NCBI GenBank assembly: GCA_018223365.1
Contig: JAGTTP010000001.1
Coordinates: forward strand, 1,341,654-1,373,653
Direction of reading: 5' to 3'
Length of the DNA: 32,000 nucleotides
DNA from: Clostridiaceae bacterium Marseille-Q4145
Lineage (GTDB): Bacteria; Bacillota; Clostridia; Lachnospirales; Lachnospiraceae
Part shown: piece after piece, positions 26,677-32,000 of the stretch
How the letters are laid out: the number at the start of each line of letters is the position of its first letter
Position numbering within the stretch: position 1 is the stretch's first letter
The notes under the pieces: generated by a model
Database searches by the model: none
Seen by the model: only the letters and a program-made list of their open reading frames with translations
Told to the model about the DNA's origin: nothing
Translations under genes and position numbers: made by a program

Positions 26677-26780
26677 AACAGCACCCCCTGATGTAGTTCT
26701 ATTTTCCTACATCAGGGGGTGTTTTGTCTATTGTCCGTTTTTAATGGTTCTGTTCATACAGCCAAGGGGTTCAATTTCTC

Positions 26781-27410
26781 TTATTCGTCTTTCAAGGTGG
26801 TTACCATGAGCTTGTTTTCAATGGCGGTTGCAACCAGCGATTCTCTGTTTTCAAAGCCGCCCTTTTCCACCATATCGTCCAGGTTCCAGCGAACGCCGTT
26901 TTTGGAGATACCCAGCTTATCAGCGATTTCCTGATAGGTAAAGCCCTTTATATAAAGGCGCAGGATGTCTAACTGCCGGGGCGAGAAGGCATCGGACATC
27001 GTACCCTCCATTTCAATGGCCGGTGCGGTATCGGGAAAGACCTTTTCCCCTGCCAGAGTGCGCTTTACCACGCTCATCAGTTCCTCCGTGCCGTGGTCCT
27101 TATACCACAGGCTGTCGGCGGCGCCCATTTTGGCTCGTTCCAACACCTGCGGATCGACAAGCGAGGTAGCCACAACGATTTTAATCTGCGGGAAAGCCTT
27201 TTTGATACGCTCTGCGGCGGCAAGACCGGAGTGCTTGTGCTGCGTCTGCACATCCATAAGGACGAGCTTTACGGTGGCGTCGCAATGCTTTTCCGCTTCA
27301 AAGGCGTCACGGAAAACGCCGACAAGATAAAACTCACCGTCTGCCGTAAGACGATTGACAAAGTGCTTTTGGATGTATAAATCATCCTCTACAAGTATGG
27401 TGTTAATCAT
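26781..27410 (-). CDS. NarL/LuxR-family response regulator
   Basis: Canonical receiver residues (VEDD, LVLMDV, VVATS, WYKD) and a LuxR-type HTH LDILRLYIKGFTYQEIADKLGISKNGVRWNL. Confidence 0.9.
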   Translation of the reverse strand: MINTILVEDDLYIQKHFVNRLTADGEFYLVGVFRDAFEAEKHCDATVKLVLMDVQTQHKHSGLAAAERIKKAFPQIKIVVATSLVDPQVLERAKMGAADSLWYKDHGTEELMSVVKRTLAGEKVFPDTAPAIEMEGTMSDAFSPRQLDILRLYIKGFTYQEIADKLGISKNGVRWNLDDMVEKGGFENRESLVATAIENKLMVTTLKDE

Positions 27411-28657
27411 AGGCTGATCTCCTTTGCGGGAATCGTAATCAGAAGAGCAAATCGTGGATTATGCGAAATATGCATTTCGCCGCCGGAGCTTTCAATACTG
27501 CGGCGAAGTGTTGACAGGCCGCTGCCTTCCTTTATCGGCTTTGTGGGTATTTTGCCGTTGTTGGTTATGGTAACATCATAGCGTTCGCCTCGCTGGGCAA
27601 TGCGGATATATACCTCATTTCCGTCTGCGTGCTTGATGCAGTTGGTCACGCACTCCTTGGCGGCGGCAACGGTCAGCTCCTCGGCTACGGTATCACGAGG
27701 CAGGTAGCCATCGATTTTTACAGCTACGCCAAGCTGTCGGGCGGTTCTTTTAGCCTCGTCCATTGTGCTGACAGAGGTGACACGGTTGCTTGCCAGCATA
27801 CCGATGGCATTTTGCAGTGCCTCAAGCTTTTGCTCGGTATTCTCACCGCTGTCTATGATGTCACGGATGGTCAGGAGGCTTCGGCCGATGGTATCGTGAA
27901 TATAGATCTTCAGGTCAAGGCTTTCCTTCTCCTTGACATCGTCCTCCATGCGGGCGTACATCTTTCTGAGCTTTTGATTGACTTCTGCCAGTTCTTCATT
28001 TATTTTCTCTTGCTTTTGGTAGCCGTTATACAGATCGGTTACATTATGCGCCGTTATCTGCTGCCAGCGGTCATCGCCGTCCACAGCGATATTCTGTGTG
28101 CGGAACTGCCAGACGGTCTTGTCGGGCAGGATATAGCAATCATCCTTGACGGTTACGGATTTGTCCGGCAGCGTTAAAGCATTTTCCATATCGCTTTTGA
28201 TTTGCGGCTCCTGGCCGCAAAGGACAAAGGACAGCCTGCGCATACGGTTGTTGCATAGGATGATCCTGCCGTTCGGGTCGGCAAAGCAGATGCCCATGGG
28301 TAGCTTATCGGTTGCTTCCTTAATGGAGAACGGCGAGAGCTCGTTCTTTTTACGGCGGTATTCCCGCGGCAGAGCAATGGCAAAGTGAACTGCCGCAAGA
28401 AAAATGGCAGAGGCAAATATCAGCCACGGTGCGCCGAGCAGAAATGCGTCCCCGATATTATCGGGATCTGCCTGGGAAACGGAGAACAGTAACGGGATCA
28501 TCACCGCTATAACCGCCAGGCTCAGCAGGCTGCGCACCGGCTTATTGCTGCGGAGAAGCTGATATATAAACAGCCCAATTTCAAGGACAATCTCCACAAG
28601 CATAATAAACGGCAGCATGGTCTGCCAAAATTCAGAAAGGGAAGAAAACGCACTCAT
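27407..28657 (-). CDS. Sensor histidine kinase (HisKA_3-type DHp plus HATPase)
   Basis: Three N-terminal TM segments, a PAS-like middle region, H-box KIYIHDTIGRSLL, N-box ECVTNCIKHA, G-box EGSGLSTL. A 4-nt overlap with the response-regulator gene. Confidence 0.85.
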   Translation of the reverse strand: MSAFSSLSEFWQTMLPFIMLVEIVLEIGLFIYQLLRSNKPVRSLLSLAVIAVMIPLLFSVSQADPDNIGDAFLLGAPWLIFASAIFLAAVHFAIALPREYRRKKNELSPFSIKEATDKLPMGICFADPNGRIILCNNRMRRLSFVLCGQEPQIKSDMENALTLPDKSVTVKDDCYILPDKTVWQFRTQNIAVDGDDRWQQITAHNVTDLYNGYQKQEKINEELAEVNQKLRKMYARMEDDVKEKESLDLKIYIHDTIGRSLLTIRDIIDSGENTEQKLEALQNAIGMLASNRVTSVSTMDEAKRTARQLGVAVKIDGYLPRDTVAEELTVAAAKECVTNCIKHADGNEVYIRIAQRGERYDVTITNNGKIPTKPIKEGSGLSTLRRSIESSGGEMHISHNPRFALLITIPAKEISL

Positions 28658-30342
28658 TTCCCATCACCTTCTTTCACTTCAAACACAAGGTGCTGATATT
28701 CCTCGTCATCCTCTTTTTCATAGCGAATACCATCTCCGCTTACGAAAGCCGAAAGGTCGGCTTTGCAGCACACATTCAGCGACAAGCGCAAGCCATCTGC
28801 CTTTATGAGACTTACCTGTATGCCTGTTAAATTCAAAATGTCGGCTTCAATAACCGATTCGTAAAAATCAAATACAGCGGTCGCTGTTTTGCCGGAGAGC
28901 ATGGAAAGAGACTCGTCCACATAAAGTGAGCTGCGGACTCCCAACAGCTTCAGCGTTTGGAGGGACTCGTTGAAGGCACGGTGGAGTTCCGTTGCCGCTA
29001 TTTTAATATCTCGGTCGGTAAGGAGCGTCAGATGCTTGCGGCGTTTAATGTAGCTGCACAGCACGGCAATCTCGGCAAGGAGCGTTTTGGCGCTGTCGGG
29101 GTCGGTGCTTGAGATTCGGCGGTATTCCTTAGTGAGCTCTGCAATGCGGTCTATCTGCGTCTGCGTAGCGGAACGCAGGAGATCATACAAACGGTTTTGC
29201 TCCTCCACTTTGCGGCGCTTGGCTTCACGCTTGTATTCATAACGGAGTATTTCGTTTCGGTCGGCAAGCTCGTCTGCAAGAAGCTCGGAGTCCTCCTTGA
29301 TATCGCGCAGAACCGACACATCCTCCGTCCACACAGCATAGCCGCCGTCAATGGGCATGGTGTGAACGGTCAAGCCGCCGCCCAGCGTGACCGGGCTTTG
29401 CTCGGCTTTTTTCATCGTTTCCTTTGAGATAGGCGCAGTATTTACAGCTGCATACCGAACGGTAAAGTCCTTGTCGGTGATCTCTGCCGATGTGCCGACA
29501 GAGGAGGCAAATAAGTCCACATAACGGCTGTTTGAATGTATATATCCGCAGGCGATGCAGAACTCAAAGGTCAGAATGTACATCACACTTTGGAACGCAG
29601 CAATATCGCCGAACAAGTGGAGCAGCCAATCCACGCCCACATAGTAAAGTGCGCTGTAAACTATCGCCAGCAGCATAGGAACAACGGGCAGAAAGTGGAG
29701 CCTTCCTTTTTGCACACGGCATTTGAAAAACATAATAACGAGTGCGGCTAAGGCGCACATCACCTGCCAGCCCACACTAATGAAGTAGCCTACCGAGTAG
29801 CCGTTGTTTTTGTCCGTCCACACGGCGGCGTCCTTCGGAAAGGTAAATACGAATTGGTGCAGGTCATTTGTGAGTACGAGCAGAAGCAATACACCGGAGA
29901 TGATCCACAGAACCGACATTCCCCTGGGAAATTTGTATTCGTCCGGTTTCCCTAATGACATGGCAATCAGCAGCGCCAGCATAGGCACAAACAGCATGGG
30001 AAGATAGAACAGATACCACAGGTACCGGACGGCATCCGGCTGCCAAAATATAAAATACTTTGCCGAACGGACTACCATCCAGATGATGAGCAACACTGCG
30101 GTGCCCGTCATAAACCAGCATACCTGCTTTTGCACGATCCGCTGACGGACGGAGAGCCCCCAGGCGGCGAACAGGCCGATATAGATAAAGCTGCGCAGAT
30201 AGGAAAACAGCATCGGGTAGAAGCTGCCCCTGCCCACAATTCGGAAGCAATATGCCAATATCACGGTAAGAACAGCGATGCCGCTTGTTATGATAATATT
30301 CTTTTTCTGTTTGGTCATAAACAGCCCCCGTTTCGCCTTCAT
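28654..30342 (-). CDS. Polytopic membrane sensor-like protein with a kinase-like but apparently His-less/ATP-lid-less C-terminal region
   Basis: About 10 hydrophobic segments are followed by a coiled region. There EQNRLYDLLRSATQTQ occupies the place of a HisKA_3 H-box (Arg where His is expected, by eye-alignment). No N/G1/G2 boxes were seen in the last approximately 130 aa. A 4-nt overlap with the downstream kinase. The start is ATG 30342 or ATG 30318. Confidence 0.55.
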   Translation of the reverse strand: MKAKRGLFMTKQKKNIIITSGIAVLTVILAYCFRIVGRGSFYPMLFSYLRSFIYIGLFAAWGLSVRQRIVQKQVCWFMTGTAVLLIIWMVVRSAKYFIFWQPDAVRYLWYLFYLPMLFVPMLALLIAMSLGKPDEYKFPRGMSVLWIISGVLLLLVLTNDLHQFVFTFPKDAAVWTDKNNGYSVGYFISVGWQVMCALAALVIMFFKCRVQKGRLHFLPVVPMLLAIVYSALYYVGVDWLLHLFGDIAAFQSVMYILTFEFCIACGYIHSNSRYVDLFASSVGTSAEITDKDFTVRYAAVNTAPISKETMKKAEQSPVTLGGGLTVHTMPIDGGYAVWTEDVSVLRDIKEDSELLADELADRNEILRYEYKREAKRRKVEEQNRLYDLLRSATQTQIDRIAELTKEYRRISSTDPDSAKTLLAEIAVLCSYIKRRKHLTLLTDRDIKIAATELHRAFNESLQTLKLLGVRSSLYVDESLSMLSGKTATAVFDFYESVIEADILNLTGIQVSLIKADGLRLSLNVCCKADLSAFVSGDGIRYEKEDDEEYQHLVFEVKEGDGK

Positions 30343-30375
30343 TTGTTTACCATTGGGTATACCTTTTCAAATTAG

Positions 30376-30404
30376 ATTATAGTATAAACCTGTCTATTTC
30401 TCAA
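30376..30404 (-). promoter_or_regulatory. Sigma-70-type promoter for the minus-strand sensor/kinase/regulator operon
   Basis: On the minus strand: TTGAGA (30404-30399), a 17-nt spacer, then TATAAT (30381-30376), about 30 nt upstream of ATG 30342. Confidence 0.55.
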
Positions 30405-30529
30405 CTGCTTCTTACGAGGCTTTGCATAAAAGCCATACTTTCAGTTGGGCAATTCACTTTCTCCTCCCATTATGACAGGTGGCACCTGTCAGCGTATAGG
30501 CGCAGTTGCCCCTTGGCGGAAAAAGACTC

Positions 30530-30558
30530 TTGAAAAAACATCCCGCTGCCGATATAAT
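30530..30558 (+). promoter_or_regulatory. Near-consensus sigma-70 promoter
   Basis: TTGAAA (30530-30535), a 17-nt spacer, then TATAAT (30553-30558). Confidence 0.6.
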
Positions 30559-30587
30559 AAACCTTGTGCGATTTCGGAGGGATGAAG

Positions 30588-30770
30588 ATGGAAAACGAAA
30601 AATATTATATGGCCGTTAATGCAGGCGACAGATATCCGCTTTTGAAAACGCCGCAGGACTACACGGAATATTTTACCGAAGCACTCTCATTTGGAGACTT
30701 ATTCGATGTGCTTCGGTACATAGAAAAGCACGGCCTTGAACGAATCGTCACAGCCGTGATTAAACGATGA
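30588..30770 (+). CDS. Small hypothetical protein (60 aa)
   Basis: ATG 30588 lies 6 nt after GGAGGG (30576-30581). The listed TTG 30564 would lie at or upstream of the predicted transcription start. A terminator follows. Confidence 0.45.
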   Translation: MENEKYYMAVNAGDRYPLLKTPQDYTEYFTEALSFGDLFDVLRYIEKHGLERIVTAVIKR

Positions 30771-30792
30771 CCGCCTACAAGCGGTCTTTTTT
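30769..30792 (+). terminator. Rho-independent terminator
   Basis: GACCGC ctacaa GCGGTC followed by TTTTTT. It overlaps the stop codon. Confidence 0.65.
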
Positions 30793-31045
30793 ACGCGTTG
30801 GACCTGGCATTCGGCAGTTTTGCCCGTCAAAAACCATCCATTTGATTTACCCAGATAACAGACAGTTTATCAGGTGAATCATCAAAAAAAGCATAGCTTC
30901 TGCGCGGGGGTATTATAACTCCTTTACTGAACTGGCAGACCATTATAATGATGAATTAGACGTACTTGTTTTGCGGCGCGTGCCGCTTTGCAGGTGCGTT
31001 TTGTTATATCCGCGCTTTTTGCGTGGCAGCGTAGGCTGCCGCAGT

Positions 31046-31090
31046 CCTCCAATCAATTTGATTTTTCAAAAATTTCAAATTGATTGGAGG
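31046..31090 (+). promoter_or_regulatory. 16-bp perfect inverted repeat whose 3' arm contains the sigma-factor RBS
   Basis: CCTCCAATCAATTTGA (31046-31061), a 13-nt loop, then TCAAATTGATTGGAGG (31075-31090). GGAGG lies 8 nt upstream of ATG 31099. Confidence 0.6.
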
Positions 31091-31098
31091 TACATAAC

Positions 31099-31551
31099 AT
31101 GGATGCTGACAAGAAAAGAGTATGGGTCAGCGGTCAATACATTGAAGTGACGGATGTCGTTTACGATGCCTATATGAAAGGTGATCGAAAAATTCGCTAT
31201 TTTGAAAATGACCTTAAAACGGAACGGGTCCTGATGGATACCGATGGACATATCAAACAGATCATTCCCAGCCGTGAGGATTCTTTGGACAGGCTTATGG
31301 ATGATAACGCCGAGCAGTTTACGGATCATCACGAAAGTGTTGAGGATATGGTGCTGCGAAAAATCTCTGCAGAAAAGCTGTATCAGGCGTTGACAGAGCT
31401 TTCTGAAAAGGAGCGGGAACTGATCGTTGCGCTGTTCTTCGAGGAAAAGACGGAACGTGAACTTGCTATAGTTCTTGGAATTTCTCAGCCTGCTGTCCAC
31501 AAGCAGAAAAACAAAATTCTCAAAAAGCTGAAAACTTTTCTTGAAAAATAA
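31099..31551 (+). CDS. Small sigma-70-family protein (region 4-type HTH only recognisable)
   Basis: LSEKERELIVALFFEEKTERELAIVLGISQPAVHKQKNKILKKLK is a region-4 HTH. ATG 31099 is preferred over the listed TTG 31084, which lies inside the RBS. Confidence 0.75.
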   Translation: MDADKKRVWVSGQYIEVTDVVYDAYMKGDRKIRYFENDLKTERVLMDTDGHIKQIIPSREDSLDRLMDDNAEQFTDHHESVEDMVLRKISAEKLYQALTELSEKERELIVALFFEEKTERELAIVLGISQPAVHKQKNKILKKLKTFLEK

Positions 31552-31566
31552 GTTTTAGCGGTTATC

Positions 31567-31609
31567 AGACCTCTCACTCAACGGCAAATAGAGTGAGAGG
31601 TCTATTTTT
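31567..31609 (+). terminator. Strong rho-independent terminator
   Basis: A 13-bp perfect stem AGACCTCTCACTC / GAGTGAGAGGTCT, an 11-nt loop, then aTTTTTc. Confidence 0.8.
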
Positions 31610-32000
31610 CTCTCCCCTATGTACCTTGACAACCGCATACTCATTCGTCAAGCACATTCCTATTGTTATTGTGATGAGCATAAGCCACTTTAGCGGCTGC
31701 GCCATGATGTGTCGGGCAAAGACAGCGGGGACGCCACCTTATTGATTATGGTCCATGGCCTGCTCTGTCCGATGTGGAGCGAGAAAAGCTAGCTATCAGT
31801 ACCGGGCAGCTCCCGGTATGGCGATGACCGGCAATAGGGACATTGATACTCCTGTCTAGCCACAGTCCGAGCGTGACAGCATCATCTGATGTTGAGCCGC
31901 CGCAGGCAATGGGGGCAGCCGTTTGTAGAGATCCTACCGGGGGTGAAAGACCCGTGGAGCTGGTACGCTGCCAGCCACTTGACGATTTCCCAAGGAGATT
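31610..32000 (+). other. ORF-poor, GC-rich, hairpin-rich region ending in an RBS at the window edge (candidate structured RNA/leader; class unknown)
   Basis: The track lists no ORF of 60 aa or more. One plus-strand frame carries eight stops. Local hairpins include TACCGGG cagct CCCGGTA (31800-31818), GGGU gaaag ACCC (31941-31953) and UCGG..GACAG / CUGUC-CGA (around 31712-31772). The region ends in aaggagatt. Confidence 0.3.

Larger units (their letters stand above)
25491..26740 (-). mobile_element. IS3-family insertion sequence (orfA/orfB, approximate ends)
   Basis: Imperfect terminal inverted repeats: left CGGACAGCACAAAAAGCCCCCCTATGTAGG (from about 25494) against the reverse complement of the right end CGGACAATAGACAAAACACCCCCTGATGTAGG (to about 26737). 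A possible TTT duplication flanks the element (25488-25490 and 26738-26740). Exact ends are uncertain. Confidence 0.75.

Noticed and set aside
30564-30587. Listed TTG start (30564) and ATG 30582 for the small ORF
   Set aside because: TTG 30564 lies at or before the transcription start predicted from the -10 box at 30553-30558. ATG 30582 abuts the GGAGGG with no spacer. ATG 30588 fits better.
31625-31660. TTGACA at 31625 as a -35 box for a promoter driving the downstream region
   Set aside because: No acceptable -10 hexamer is found at 16-18 nt spacing (caagca). The hexamer is part of the CTTGAC/GTCAAG inverted repeat instead.
31930-31985. Partial resemblance to cobalamin-riboswitch core elements (GGGUGAAAGACCC … GCCAGCCACUUG against GGUGAAA..CC … GCCACUG)
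   Set aside because: Only short motifs match. The expected upstream AGGGAA element is about 100 nt away rather than adjacent, and the B12-box match is imperfect. This should be decided with a covariance model, not by eye.
31746-32000. An 84-codon open minus-strand frame running in from the right window edge (no Met inside, so absent from the track)
   Set aside because: The translation (…GKSSSGWQRTSSTGLSPPVGSLQTAAPIACGGSTSDD…) is Ser/Gly/Thr/Pro-rich and has almost no Lys/Glu, unlike every credible protein in the window. It is probably a chance open frame in GC-rich non-coding DNA. It cannot be fully excluded without the flanking sequence.

Overview
The window is the interior of a Firmicutes/Clostridia-type integrative conjugative element (ICE); the taxon is inferred from gene content only. 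No integrase or att site is visible, so both element ends lie outside the window.

The plus strand carries a near-continuous transfer backbone with Shine-Dalgarno sites and frequent start/stop overlaps. In order it encodes:
- the C-terminal SNF2-type helicase part of a large protein cut by the left edge
- a toprim/primase-like protein
- a Cys-rich small protein
- an unlisted 38-aa membrane peptide coupled to mobC
- MobC and a relaxase
- PcfB-like and ArdC-like proteins
- a VirD4-type coupling protein
- a Maff2 pilin-like protein, a VirB6/TrbL-like protein and a PrgI/TcpE-like protein
- a VirB4 ATPase
- a class B sortase
- a CHAP cell-wall hydrolase

Three accessory blocks stand out:
1. An AT-rich defence islet at about 3.3-6.1 kb. 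It holds AbiEi/AbiEii plus a co-oriented protein with two PD-(D/E)xK nuclease-like motifs, behind a palindrome-overlapped promoter.
2. A minus-strand cargo block at about 20.7-30.4 kb. It encodes a 1378-aa secreted wall-anchored protein with an SPRTG sorting signal that matches the ICE-borne class B sortase. This protein contains 3 x 351-bp and 6 x 207/216-bp near-identical in-frame tandem repeats; the latter encode a Cys/His-rich module I cannot assign to a family. Upstream lie a degenerate receiver protein, an IS3-family insertion, a LuxR-type response regulator, a HisKA_3-type kinase and a polytopic kinase-like protein with no obvious phospho-accepting His.
3. A right-hand regulatory end. 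It has a small sigma-70 region-4 protein whose RBS lies inside a 16-bp perfect hairpin, a strong terminator, and about 390 nt of ORF-poor, GC-rich, hairpin-rich sequence ending in an RBS at the window edge. That last stretch may be a structured RNA of unknown class.

No rRNA, tRNA or CRISPR array was recognised.
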